A stretch of 64,000 nucleotides of DNA, taken from the NCBI GenBank assembly GCA_964602595.1, contig CAZRRO010000012.1:4314-68313 (forward strand), read 5' to 3'. The first letter of the stretch is position 1, and every line of letters starts with the position of its first letter. The position numbers were made by a program, and so were the translations under genes. This document shows positions 45,475 to 55,561 of the stretch, piece after piece. The DNA comes from an uncultured Verrucomicrobiota bacterium (GTDB taxonomy: Bacteria; Verrucomicrobiota; Verrucomicrobiia; Limisphaerales; UBA9464). The notes beneath the pieces were generated by a model. That model ran no database searches. It was not told the origin of the DNA and was given only the letters and a program-made list of their open reading frames with translations.

Positions 45475-45564
45475 GAGCCACGTCCAACGGGAAAACAATG
45501 CGGCCAGCCAGATCACGCCGCGGACGGTAGGCGGAGACCGAGGAATGACCAATCTGCAAGCGCA

Positions 45565-45700
45565 GGGAGCAGGGAGCGCGACTCTCTGAGTCGCGATAAG
45601 GGGGCATCCGTTTGGTGTGAACGCGGATGGGACCAGACTCGCGGCTCAGAGAGCCGCGCTCCCGCCGTCCCGAGCTCCGTTCTCCCTGCTCCCTGCCTTC
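45565..45700. repeat. ~135-bp imperfect palindrome in divergent intergenic region
   Basis: gcagggagcagggagcgcgactctctgagtcgcg ... cgcggctcagagagccgcgctcccgccgtcccgagctccgttctccctgctccctgc. The outer arms gcagggagcagggag / ctccctgctccctgc are exact reverse complements. Internal palindromes gcgactctctgagtcgc and gcggctcagagagccgc are present. Confidence 0.45.
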
Positions 45701-45753
45701 CGCTCGAACCGCGCATTGCCGCGTCGGGCCGGGTGGTCCACGCTCGCGCCATT

Positions 45754-48033
45754 ATGGCAGCCGATTCGAAGCCGGCCTTCCGGCCCTACATTCCCGACCG
45801 CACGGCTCTGCGCGAGTTCACTGCGCGTTCGCTCATCATGGGCACGCTGCTGGGCATGGTGTTCGGCGCGTCGTCTTTGTTCCTCACCCTCAAGGTCGGC
45901 TTGACCGTCAGTGCCAGCATCCCGGTGGCGGTGATCTCCATCGCTCTGTTCAAGCTGTGGGCGAAGTTTGGCGGGAAGGACGCCACGATCCTCGAACACA
46001 ACATCGCGCAGACGGCCGGTTCCGCCGGCGAATCCATCGCGTTCGGGGTGGGCGTGACCATGCCGGCGATCCTGATCCTTGGCTTCGACCTGGAGATCAC
46101 CCGCGTCCTGCTGGTGGGTGTGCTCGGCGGTTTGCTGGGCATTCTCATGATGATCCCGCTGCGGCGGGCGCTGATCGTCCAGCAGCACGGCGAACTGAAG
46201 TATCCCGAGGGCACAGCGTGCGCGGAGGTGCTCAAGGCGGGCGCCAGCGAGGAATCCCGCGCGGCGGCCGACCCGGTCCACCGGGGCGACGACTTGGGTG
46301 CTTCCGTGAACGCGAAGACGATCTTCGCCGGCTTCGGCATCGGCCTGCTCTACAAGGTGGCTAACGTGGCCCTTAAGGGCTGGAAGGACGTTCCCGAAAA
46401 GGTCTTCGGGGCGCCACTCAAGGCGGGATCGCTTTCCGCGGAGATTTCGCCGGAAATGCTGGGCGTCGGCTACATCATCGGGCCGCGCACCGGCGGCATT
46501 ATGGCGGCGGGCGGCGTGCTCAGCTACCTGGTGCTGATCCCGTTGATCAAGTTCTTCGGCGAACGCCTGACCGAGCCGCTGGCGCCCGGCACCAAGCTTA
46601 TCAGCGAGATGTCCCACGGCGACATCCGCAGCGCCTACATCCTCTACGTCGGCGCCGGGGCGGTGGCGATGGGCGGCTTGATCAGTCTCGTCCGCTCGCT
46701 GCCCACGATCTGGCACGGGCTCAAGCTTGGCGTGCTCGACATGGTGGACTCCCGCCGAGCCGCCGCGGCCGCCGCGGCCGAACGCACCGGCCAGGATTTG
46801 CCGATGAAGTTCGTGCTCATCGGAATCATTGGGCTCGTCGCGGCCATCACGTTCGCGAAACCGCTGCACATGAATCCGCTCGGCGCCGGGCTCATCGTGC
46901 TGCTTGGGTTCCTCTTCGTGACGGTGTCGTCGCGCCTTACCGGGGAGATCGGTTCGTCATCGAACCCGGTTTCCGGGATGACCATCGCGACCTTGCTGAT
47001 CACTTGCCTGGCCTTCCTGGCGGTCGGTTGGACCGGCAACACCTACTACGTCACCGCGCTGTCGGTCGGCGCGGTGGTCTGCATCGCCTGCTCGAACGGC
47101 GGCACGACATCGCAGGACTTGAAGACCGGTTACCTTGTCGGTGGCACCCCGAAACGGCAGCAAATCGCCATCCTGATCGGTGCCTTCGCCTCGGCCTTGG
47201 TAATGGGGCCGATCCTCCTGGGCCTGAACCAGACGGCGACCACTTACATTGACGCCAAGGAAGTGGCCCCGGCATTGCGAGCCCCGGCGGCGGAACTGGC
47301 GAATGCGCCCAAGGAGTTTCTGGTCGGTCCGCAGCGCAAGAGTGACGCCACGCAATACCTGGTCTGGCATTCGCCGGATCCCTCGGGTGGCGCGGCGCGG
47401 AAATTCCTAGTGAAGCCCGACGGCGAACCGGTCTGGCTGGTGGATCCCGGCATCAACGGCCAGTTCACCAAACGGCCCGACGGGACGGAGGTGCGTAAGT
47501 TCGACGCCCCCAAGGCCACGCTCGTGAGCTACATCATCAAGGGCATCCTCGACCGCAAGCTGCCGTGGGACCTCGTCTTGTTCGGCGTCCTAATCTCGGT
47601 CGTGCTGGAGTTGAGCGGCATCTCCGCGCTCGCGTTCGCAGTGGGCGTCTACCTGCCGATCGCGGTTTCGCTGCCGATCTTCATCGGCGGCATGATCCGT
47701 TGGTTGGTCGACCGGTTGGGCCGCGCCCAGCACGTCAACGCCGGCCTAACCGAGGACCAAATCGCGGCGGAAGGCGACAAGTCGCCGGGTGTGCTGATGG
47801 CGTCGGGCTACATCGCCGGCGGCAGCATCGCCGGCATCGTCATCGCCTTCATGGTGGGCGTGCTGGACAAGCAGGACGCCGCCCTGACGGATTGGGCGAC
47901 CAAGTCGAATCCGTTCTTCAACGGGCCGAACGCCGACCTGCTGTCATGCCTGCCCTTCGCGGTGCTCTGCGCCCTACTGTTCCTGGCGGCACGGGGAATC
48001 ATCTTGGGGGTGAAAGCCGCGCGGCGAAGTTGA
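45754..48033 (+). CDS. OPT-family oligopeptide transporter
   Basis: 759 aa with ~16 TMs; N-terminal REFTARSLIMGTLLGMVFGASSLFLTLKVGLTVSASIPVAVIS is typical of bacterial OPT. The ORF-track 44038 start is an antisense run-in. Confidence 0.85.
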   Translation: MAADSKPAFRPYIPDRTALREFTARSLIMGTLLGMVFGASSLFLTLKVGLTVSASIPVAVISIALFKLWAKFGGKDATILEHNIAQTAGSAGESIAFGVGVTMPAILILGFDLEITRVLLVGVLGGLLGILMMIPLRRALIVQQHGELKYPEGTACAEVLKAGASEESRAAADPVHRGDDLGASVNAKTIFAGFGIGLLYKVANVALKGWKDVPEKVFGAPLKAGSLSAEISPEMLGVGYIIGPRTGGIMAAGGVLSYLVLIPLIKFFGERLTEPLAPGTKLISEMSHGDIRSAYILYVGAGAVAMGGLISLVRSLPTIWHGLKLGVLDMVDSRRAAAAAAAERTGQDLPMKFVLIGIIGLVAAITFAKPLHMNPLGAGLIVLLGFLFVTVSSRLTGEIGSSSNPVSGMTIATLLITCLAFLAVGWTGNTYYVTALSVGAVVCIACSNGGTTSQDLKTGYLVGGTPKRQQIAILIGAFASALVMGPILLGLNQTATTYIDAKEVAPALRAPAAELANAPKEFLVGPQRKSDATQYLVWHSPDPSGGAARKFLVKPDGEPVWLVDPGINGQFTKRPDGTEVRKFDAPKATLVSYIIKGILDRKLPWDLVLFGVLISVVLELSGISALAFAVGVYLPIAVSLPIFIGGMIRWLVDRLGRAQHVNAGLTEDQIAAEGDKSPGVLMASGYIAGGSIAGIVIAFMVGVLDKQDAALTDWATKSNPFFNGPNADLLSCLPFAVLCALLFLAARGIILGVKAARRS

Positions 48034-48139
48034 CCGCGGCGCCGTGGACTCTTGATCCGCATGACCACGCGCCGTTGCCCTCGCGGACGTCGCCAGATCG
48101 CGATTCGACAATCGCGGGTCCGCGCTTAGCGTCGCCGCC

Positions 48140-49234
48140 GTGATTCGGAACGTGATCTTCGACTGGTCCGGGACCTTGGTGGACGACCTCCCCGCGGTGT
48201 GGGAGTCCAGCAACCAGGTGTTCCGCCAGGCGGGCGTCGAACCGCTCACGCTGGAGCAGTTCCGGGCCGAATTCCGGCTGCCCTACAAGGGCTTCTACGA
48301 CAAGTTCGTGCCACATGTCGGGCTGGAACAGCTGGAGGTCTGGTTCCACGGCCGGTTTGTCGAATGCCAGGATTCCGTCGTCGCGTTACCGCACGCCCGC
48401 GAGTTGCTCGATTTTTGCCGGCACCATGGCTTGCGCGTGTTCCTGCTGAGCACCGTTCATCCGCGGCACTGGCAGGCGCAGGCTGAAGCCGCGGGCTTCA
48501 CCGACTACTTCGAACGCATCTACGCCGGCGTGGCCGACAAGCGGGCCCGAATCGGGGAAATCCTCGCCGAAAACGCCCTGGATCCCGCCGCCACGATTTT
48601 CGTGGGCGACATGGAGCACGACATCGAGACCGCCCGGCACGGCGGCATCCGGAGCGTGGCGGTGCTGACCGGTTACAATTCCCTCGACCAGCTCCGGTCA
48701 GCACGCCCGGACCTGATCGTCGAGCATCTGGGCGAACTCCGCGGGTTGCTGGACCGCAATTCCCTGCATCTGGAAACGGCTGTGTCCCCGTCGGCGCCCG
48801 CCCGCCCCATCGCCACGGTGGGAGGCCTGATCTTCAACGACGCCGGCCGGTTCCTGCTCGTGCGGACCAACAAATGGTCGAACCTCTGGGGCATCCCCGG
48901 CGGCAAGATCGAATGGGGCGAAGCCAGCGAAGACGCGCTGCGCCGCGAGTTGGCCGAGGAAACTGGCCTGAGCGTCACGGACGTTGCCTTTGTGATGGTG
49001 CAGGACGCCATTCAGCCGCCCGAGTTCTACAAACCGGCCCATTTCCTCCTGCTGAATTACACCTGCCGGGCGCCCGGTGGCCAGCCGGTGCGGCTAAACA
49101 CGGAGGCACAGGAATATCGCTGGCTCTCGTTACAGGAGGCGCTGGCCCTGCCGCTCAATGGCCCGACCCGGGTGTTGCTGCAGACGGTGTTTCGCGGCGA
49201 CCAACTGGCGGCAGCCCCCCGTCCGGCCGCCTGA
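48140..49234 (+). CDS. HAD-superfamily hydrolase fused to NUDIX hydrolase
   Basis: HAD motif I VIFDWSGTLVDD and motif IV FVGDMEHDIETA. The C-terminal Nudix box is GGKIEWGEASEDALRRELAEETGL. Confidence 0.75.
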   Translation: MIRNVIFDWSGTLVDDLPAVWESSNQVFRQAGVEPLTLEQFRAEFRLPYKGFYDKFVPHVGLEQLEVWFHGRFVECQDSVVALPHARELLDFCRHHGLRVFLLSTVHPRHWQAQAEAAGFTDYFERIYAGVADKRARIGEILAENALDPAATIFVGDMEHDIETARHGGIRSVAVLTGYNSLDQLRSARPDLIVEHLGELRGLLDRNSLHLETAVSPSAPARPIATVGGLIFNDAGRFLLVRTNKWSNLWGIPGGKIEWGEASEDALRRELAEETGLSVTDVAFVMVQDAIQPPEFYKPAHFLLLNYTCRAPGGQPVRLNTEAQEYRWLSLQEALALPLNGPTRVLLQTVFRGDQLAAAPRPAA

Positions 49235-49264
49235 CGGGAGACAAGAATTCACGGGAATCCTGTC

Positions 49265-49690
49265 ATGGACCGAATCACCATCGCCGAACTCGAAGTTGCG
49301 TATCATCTCGGTGTCCCCGACGCCGAACGGGCCCGCCCGCAGCGATTGCTGCTGACGCTGGAGCTGGGGCTCGATTTCACCCCGGCCGCCTCCACGGATG
49401 ACCTCACCCGAACGATCGACTATTTCACGCTCAGCCGCCAGCTGCTGGCCTTTGGCGAGGGCCGGAGCTGGAAGCTGATCGAGAAACTGGCGGTGGATCT
49501 GGCGGAGTTCGTTCTGGCGGAAACGCCGGCGGAAACGGTTAGCGTCGAAGTGCGCAAATTCATCCTGCCCGAGACTCGGCACGTCAGCGCCCGCGTGGAA
49601 CGCCGCCGTGACGCGGCGAAGAAAGCCTCGCCGGCGAAGGTCATGCCCCAGCGGTTGGACCAGCACATCCGGTTGGGCGCCCGCGGTTAG
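49265..49690 (+). CDS. folB: Dihydroneopterin aldolase
   Basis: MDRITIAELEVAYHLGVPDAERARPQRLLLTLEL fits the FolB tunnel-fold signature. Confidence 0.8.
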   Translation: MDRITIAELEVAYHLGVPDAERARPQRLLLTLELGLDFTPAASTDDLTRTIDYFTLSRQLLAFGEGRSWKLIEKLAVDLAEFVLAETPAETVSVEVRKFILPETRHVSARVERRRDAAKKASPAKVMPQRLDQHIRLGARG

Positions 49691-49950
49691 CTGGGTGTGG
49701 ATGGGGCAGCCCTTCATTGTGGTTCCGGCTGCCGGCGATGGTCAGTCGCGCCCCGCGGCTACGGCTGCGCCGCAGCGCAGCCCCACCAGGGTAGGGCGGT
49801 GCTGCTCCGCCGCCGCGCCGGCAAACCCGCGCGGGCGGGAAGCTCCACGCCGCTGGGAGGATATGTTCGCGAGGCCGGAAGATTGCCTGCAATCCGGTTC
49901 CCTTTCGGCACGGAACCTGCCAAGCCTTCCGGCAGAATTCTGACTCTTTC

Positions 49951-52900
49951 ATGAAGCGCTATCGTGTCGTCATCGGGCTGGGAATCTTGACCTTGGGCGC
50001 CGGACTCTGGTGGTCCGGCGGCCCGCGCCCCCAATCGGGGCCAGATGCGACGGAGTCCGCCGGGGAAACGCCCGCGCTGGTCGCGGCAGTCGCCCCTCCG
50101 CCGCCGCCGGCAGCCGTGGCCGCACCGGAACCGGACGAACCAAGTGCGGAACCGGAGCCCCGCCCGGCCACGTTGCGGGTGCCGGCCGACCGCACCTGGA
50201 GCCAGCCCGTGCCGGAACCCCAGTTTGAACGCTTCCGGCGTTGGACCGACGCCTATCGCGCGGCGAGTCCAACGGAGAAGGCGGCGCTGACCGCGGAAGG
50301 GGTTTCACTCGCCACCGCCCGTCGCGAGGAACTGGGCGTGCTCATCCGGACCGAACCGGAACGCGCACTGGCCCTGACCGTCCCGTTGGCCGTTCGCCGG
50401 GAACTTCCCGAGTCCGTCGTCGGCCTGCTGGAGGAACGCCTGGATGGCCGCGGTGATCTCGCGGTGCTGGCCACGACTCCGCTGCCGGGCCAGGAAACGG
50501 CCGTGGAACCGATGTGGCGGACCGCGATCCTCGGCGAGCGTTCGTTCCGGGCGAACGTTTACGGTCGCCGGCTGGAGGAACCCGCTCGGTTCGGCGTCGC
50601 CTTGCACGGCATCGCCCTCGACGGCCAGCTGGCGGTCGACGAAAACCCGGTCCGCTTGCTGGAGCAGGCCGAGGCGGACGCCGCGCCCCTGATGACGGCC
50701 CACCTGTGCGCTCTGCCGCGGGCGGCGGTCCACGAGGAAGGCGCGATGCTGGCGGTCGATGTCGGCGAGGAAGTGCCGAAGGCGATGTGCGGTCCGGCGC
50801 ATGCCGCGCAACTGAACGAGGACCTGATCCTCGCGGAAAGCGACGCGGACTCCACCGAAGTGACTTCCACCGGGCGCATCCGGCGGTCATCGGCCTACAC
50901 CGAAGGCGTCAAGCGGGCCATTTTCATCCGGGTGGATTTTTCCGACCGGGTCGGGGCGCCATTCACGGACTCGGCGGGCACCAACTTGCTCAACGGCATC
51001 AATTCCTTCTTTCGTGAGAATTCCTACGGCCGCACCAGTTGGCAGCCCTTTGCCGCGACGGGTTCGGCGATGACCCGCACCCTGCGGATGCCCAAGACTT
51101 CCGCGGCCTACGGAGCGCTTGATGCCTCGGTGCTGCGCACGGATGCCCGCGCCGCGGCGACGGCGGCGGGCTACACGCTCAGCAGCTACCAGTTCGACCT
51201 TACCTGCTTCACGTCCGTGCCCAATTACTCGTGGGCTGGCCTCGGTTACGTGGGGGCTCCCGGTTCGTGGATCCAGGGTTCGTTCGATTCCTCCGGCGGC
51301 GTTTCGGCCCACGAGCTGGGCCACAACTTCGGCCTCAACCACGCCAACTTCTGGGACACCGCGGGCGCCAACGCCATCGGCAAGACCGGCACCGACGTGG
51401 AATACGGCGACACCTTCGACACGATGGGCAATGCCAGCGCCGGCCGCCGCCACTTCAATGTCCGGAACAAGACCGCGCTCGAATGGCTGCGGGGCACCCA
51501 GGTCGTGACGTTCACCACCAACGGCGTCTATCGCCTCTACGCGCATGACGACACGAACGCCGTCACCGGCGCCCGCGCGCTCAAGGTCGCCCGGAACACG
51601 CGGACCAACTACTGGTTCGAGCTTCGCCAGAAATTCACCGACAATCGTTGGCTCATGAACGGCATCGGCGTGCGCTGGGCGCGTTCCGACAACACCCGCC
51701 AGAGTCTCCTGCTGGACACAACCCCGGGCTCGGCCGACGGCAAGAATGACTCCGCCATCGTGCTGGGCCGGACTTTCACCGACCCGGAGGTCGGCCTGCA
51801 CATCACGCCGCTGCGCAAGAACGGCACGGTGCCGGAGTCGGTCGACGTCCAGTATTTCCGCGGTATCTACACCAACAACGTGGCCCCGGCCGTCGCCGTC
51901 ACGCCTTCCGCCACCGCCGCCGCCGCCAATGTGGCCGTGCGATTCACGGTCGCCGCGACGGATGCGGACGGTGATTCGCTGGCGTATTTCTGGGACTTCG
52001 GGGACGGCACCTTCGGCACCAACGGGGCGACCGCCTCGAAGTCATGGACCACGGCCGGCGACTACCTGGTTCGCTGCACGGTCAGCGACCTGCGCGGCGG
52101 CGTGGGCACGGATTCCGTGGCCGTGAAGGTGGGCTCGGCGACCACCTACCGGCTGACGGGCAAGATCACCCGCGAGGGCAAGCCCATCGCCGGCGTGCGC
52201 GTCTACACGTCCAACACCAAGCTCACCTACACCGATTCGGACGGTAGCTACATCCTGCCCGGGGTCACGGGCGGTTCCTACACGCTGCGGGCGCAGGCGG
52301 ATGGTTTGCTGTTCACCCGGGCCGGCTTCACCAACCCGATCGTCGTGAACCGCAACTTCGTGAACCTCGACTTCACCGGCTCGCTGCCCGGCGACCTTGA
52401 GGCAGCCATCCTTGTCCCTGCCGGCGCGGAATGGCGCTACAACGACTCGGGTATCAACCTCGGCACCACTTGGCGCGCGCCGGCCTTCAATGACTCGGCA
52501 TGGAAGAAGGGGCCGGCCCAATTGGGCTATGGTGACCCGGAAGTGACCACCACGCTCGATTTCGGCCCCAATTCCAGCGCCAAGTATCCGACCTACTATT
52601 TCCGCCACGAGTTTTTCGTCGATGATCCGGCACGGTTCCTGAGCGCCACGCTGGGGCTCATCCGTGACGACGGCGCGCTCGTGTTCCTGAACAACCGCGA
52701 GGTCTTCCGGAGCAACCTGCCCACCGCCACCGTGAATCACACCACGCTCGCGTCCACCACCGTGGGTGACGCCGACGAGGTGACCTACTTCGAGACCGAG
52801 CTAGCACCGACCGACTTCGTGAAGGGGCGCAACGTGCTCGCGGTGGAAGTGCATCAGGTGGCCCTGAACAGTTCCGACCTGCGCTTCAACCTCCGGCTGG

Positions 52901-53145
52901 ACGCCCTGCTGGCGCCGTCCTCCAACACGGGCGGCGATCCCGCCATCAGCTACGAAACTGAGACCGAAAGCCTGAGAATCACCTGGCCCGCGGCCTTCAC
53001 CGGCTTCTCCCTTCAGCAGCGCCGGAGCTTTGCCGACACCACCGACTGGGAACCCTCGCCGTATCCGGTCACCAGCGTGGGCGGCACCAATGTCGTCACC
53101 GTGCCGCTGAGCGAGGACACGCTCCTGCTGCGGCTCTCCAAGTAG
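49951..53145 (+). CDS. Secreted zinc metallopeptidase (metzincin; HELGHNFGLNH, M66/StcE-like) with PKD domain and C-terminal beta-sandwich domains
   Basis: Signal/TM at N-terminus; HExxHxxGxxH at nt ~51310; PKD domain DADGDSLAYFWDFGDGTFGTNGATASKSWTTAGDYLVRCTVSD; carboxypeptidase-regulatory-like segment GKITREGKPIAGVRVY. Confidence 0.75.
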   Translation: MKRYRVVIGLGILTLGAGLWWSGGPRPQSGPDATESAGETPALVAAVAPPPPPAAVAAPEPDEPSAEPEPRPATLRVPADRTWSQPVPEPQFERFRRWTDAYRAASPTEKAALTAEGVSLATARREELGVLIRTEPERALALTVPLAVRRELPESVVGLLEERLDGRGDLAVLATTPLPGQETAVEPMWRTAILGERSFRANVYGRRLEEPARFGVALHGIALDGQLAVDENPVRLLEQAEADAAPLMTAHLCALPRAAVHEEGAMLAVDVGEEVPKAMCGPAHAAQLNEDLILAESDADSTEVTSTGRIRRSSAYTEGVKRAIFIRVDFSDRVGAPFTDSAGTNLLNGINSFFRENSYGRTSWQPFAATGSAMTRTLRMPKTSAAYGALDASVLRTDARAAATAAGYTLSSYQFDLTCFTSVPNYSWAGLGYVGAPGSWIQGSFDSSGGVSAHELGHNFGLNHANFWDTAGANAIGKTGTDVEYGDTFDTMGNASAGRRHFNVRNKTALEWLRGTQVVTFTTNGVYRLYAHDDTNAVTGARALKVARNTRTNYWFELRQKFTDNRWLMNGIGVRWARSDNTRQSLLLDTTPGSADGKNDSAIVLGRTFTDPEVGLHITPLRKNGTVPESVDVQYFRGIYTNNVAPAVAVTPSATAAAANVAVRFTVAATDADGDSLAYFWDFGDGTFGTNGATASKSWTTAGDYLVRCTVSDLRGGVGTDSVAVKVGSATTYRLTGKITREGKPIAGVRVYTSNTKLTYTDSDGSYILPGVTGGSYTLRAQADGLLFTRAGFTNPIVVNRNFVNLDFTGSLPGDLEAAILVPAGAEWRYNDSGINLGTTWRAPAFNDSAWKKGPAQLGYGDPEVTTTLDFGPNSSAKYPTYYFRHEFFVDDPARFLSATLGLIRDDGALVFLNNREVFRSNLPTATVNHTTLASTTVGDADEVTYFETELAPTDFVKGRNVLAVEVHQVALNSSDLRFNLRLDALLAPSSNTGGDPAISYETETESLRITWPAAFTGFSLQQRRSFADTTDWEPSPYPVTSVGGTNVVTVPLSEDTLLLRLSK

Positions 53146-53153
53146 GCCGGCCG

Positions 53154-53942
53154 ATGAAGACTCCCGTCTGCGTCGTGGATGCGTTCGCGTCCGAACGGTT
53201 CCGCGGCAACCCCGCCGCCGTGTGCCTGCTGGCCGCCCCGGCGTCGGTGGAATGGATGCAGTCCGTTGCGGCGGAAATGAACCTTTCCGAGACCGGGTTC
53301 GTGGTCCCGCGTGGGGACGGCTGGGGCCTGCGTTGGTTCACGCCCACCGTCGAGGTCGCCCTGTGCGGCCACGCCACCCTGGCGAGCGCCCATGTGCTCT
53401 GGGAACGCGGCCTGGTTACCGGCGACCAAGCGATCCGCTTCCACACCGAACGCAGCGGCGTGCTGGTCTGTGAACGGCGCGACGGCCGGATTGCGATGGA
53501 TTTTCCGGCCTGTCCGGTCATGCCGATCCCGGTGCCCGCGGGCTTGGCAAAAATGTTGGGCACGGAACCAGGCTGGGTGGGCCGCGCCGAGTTTGATCTC
53601 CTCTGCGAACTGACCGACGCCGACGCCGTCCGGGACCTGCGCCCCGATCTCGCGGCACTGGCTAGGCTGCCATTCCGCGGTGTCATCGTAACCGCGCGCG
53701 GCGAGGACGGCTTCGACTGTGTGTCGCGGTTCTTCGCTCCCGGCGTCGGTGTGCCGGAAGACCCGGTGACCGGCTCCGCGCACTGCGCGCTGGCGCCCTA
53801 TTGGGCGGCGAGGTCGGGCCGGACCGAGCTCCGCGGTTGGCAAGCCAGCCGGCGCGGCGGGGAAGTCCGGATGAATCTGGCCGGCGATCGCGTTTGGCTC
53901 GGCGGCACCGCCGTCACCGTCTGGCAGGGCGAACTGCTCTGA
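53154..53942 (+). CDS. PhzF-family isomerase
   Basis: VVDAFASERFRGNPAAV ... ETGF ... CGHATLASAHVL is the PhzF/DAP-epimerase-like fold. Confidence 0.8.
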   Translation: MKTPVCVVDAFASERFRGNPAAVCLLAAPASVEWMQSVAAEMNLSETGFVVPRGDGWGLRWFTPTVEVALCGHATLASAHVLWERGLVTGDQAIRFHTERSGVLVCERRDGRIAMDFPACPVMPIPVPAGLAKMLGTEPGWVGRAEFDLLCELTDADAVRDLRPDLAALARLPFRGVIVTARGEDGFDCVSRFFAPGVGVPEDPVTGSAHCALAPYWAARSGRTELRGWQASRRGGEVRMNLAGDRVWLGGTAVTVWQGELL

Positions 53943-54670
53943 GCTGAGCCATCCGGCGTAGCTTTGGCTGTGCAGGAGGAATCGGGCCTAGTTGGACCTT
54001 TTGGTCGTCCGGCCGGGAGCGCGGCTGGGGCGGGCGGTTACTGGATGGCGGTTTCGGCGTCGGCGGGCTCTGCGTGCCGGCGGTCGTAGCCGTGTTTCTC
54101 GATCAGCGCGCGCCTCGCGGCGACTGTTTCGCCGCAAGAGTGATGCTGTAGCGCAGCGGTGAGCAGCGCGCGGTCGAGGGCCACTCGCGCGAGGGCGAGG
54201 TGGTCTATTGCGATGGAGAGGAGGCCGAGATTGTTGGGCTGTGACCATTCAAGGGTCTGCTTCGCCCGCCGCAGCGCGTGGTTCGGCGACACCCGGCTCG
54301 CCGGCGAAAGCAGACAGAGCGTGTTCCCCCGGGATCGACCACGCCTTGCCCGCCTCCCATGACTTCCACCGCCCAAGCCCGGTGTCAGCACAATACCCGG
54401 GTTTTCAATGAACTGCTCGGCCTGGGATGCGAGGCGCAGATTTGGTCCTGTAACCCCGCCTTCTGCTCGCCCTATAAACTCAGTCGAGCTGTCAACCGGC
54501 AGTTGTCTCGTCCCGGGGCCCGTTACGCTTTCGATCAGCCGGTGCTCCACCGGAGGGATCCCGTTGTGTTCCCGATAGCCGGACGCGCCTCTGCGGCATT
54601 GCCCCGGAGCCGGCGGATTGGCCATGTTCACCTCCGGTTTCCGTCACACGTAACACAACACTTCACTTCC

Positions 54671-55561
54671 ATGCCCAATCCTTGGACCGGCAAAGGCAAT
54701 CCCTACACCCGCAAAGAAGTTCGCGATCGCCTGATGAGCACCATCAAGAAGGGCGACGCCATCATCGCCGGCGGGGCGGGCACGGGCATCAGCGCCAAGT
54801 TCATCGAGAAGGGCGGCGCCGACCTGATCATCATCTACAACAGCGGCCGCTTCCGCATGATGGGCCACGGCTCCACCGCCGGCATGATGGCCTACGGTGA
54901 CGCCAACGCGATCGCCATGGAAATCGGCGAATACGAGGTGCTGCCGGTGGTCGAGGAATGTCCGGTGATCTGCGGCGTCCACGCCACCGATCCGCGCCGC
55001 CGCATGTGGCACTGGCTGGGCAAGGTGAAGGAAATGGGCTTCAGCGGCGTGAACAATTTTCCCACCCACACCATCGTGGATGGCCACTTCCGCGGCGTGC
55101 TGGAAGAGACCGGCATGAGTGTGAAGAAGGAGTTCGAGATGGTCGCGCTGGCTCGCAAGATGGACCTGTTCTCCGTCGTTTACGTCGGTTCGCCCGAGGA
55201 AGCCGTGGAAATGGCGAAGGCCGGCGCCGACGCGATCATCGCGCACGTCGGCACGACGGTCGGCGGCAGCATCGGCGTGAAGAAGGCGGTGGTGAGCTGG
55301 GACTTCACGATCCAGCGCACCCAGGAAATCATCGATGCGGCCACCCGCGTGCGGAAGGACATCTTCTTCCTTTGCCACGGCGGCCCGATTAACACACCGG
55401 CCGATGCGGACCGCGTGATGAAGGCCACGGACGCCGTCGGCTTTGTCGGCGCGACCAGCCTGGAACGCATGGGCATTGAGGCGTCGCTGACTAACCTGAC
55501 CAAGGAGTTCAAAAGCCTTAAGGCGCCGGCGGCGAAGAAATTCGGCAAGAAGGGGAAGTGA
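54671..55561 (+). CDS. TIM-barrel signal-transduction family protein (phosphoenolpyruvate hydrolase-like, PF09370-type)
   Basis: AIIAGGAGTGISAKFIEKGGADLIIIYNSGRFRMMG ... GFSGVNNFPTHTIVDG ... CHGGPI. Start is set at the ATG at 54671; the upstream ORF-track extension is low-complexity. Confidence 0.75.
   Translation: MPNPWTGKGNPYTRKEVRDRLMSTIKKGDAIIAGGAGTGISAKFIEKGGADLIIIYNSGRFRMMGHGSTAGMMAYGDANAIAMEIGEYEVLPVVEECPVICGVHATDPRRRMWHWLGKVKEMGFSGVNNFPTHTIVDGHFRGVLEETGMSVKKEFEMVALARKMDLFSVVYVGSPEEAVEMAKAGADAIIAHVGTTVGGSIGVKKAVVSWDFTIQRTQEIIDAATRVRKDIFFLCHGGPINTPADADRVMKATDAVGFVGATSLERMGIEASLTNLTKEFKSLKAPAAKKFGKKGK

Noticed and set aside
44038-45753. N-terminal 570 aa of the 1331-aa + ORF 44038..48033
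   Set aside because: This part is antisense to the FtsX permease and low complexity. The real OPT transporter begins at the ATG at 45754 with TM helices.
54038-54631. 197-aa minus ORF as annotated from the ATG at 54631
   Set aside because: Its N-terminal two-thirds is low-complexity (PPAPGQCRRGASG...GGGSHGRRARRGRSRG). At most the C-terminal ~84 aa might be real, so it is treated as a finding rather than a feature.
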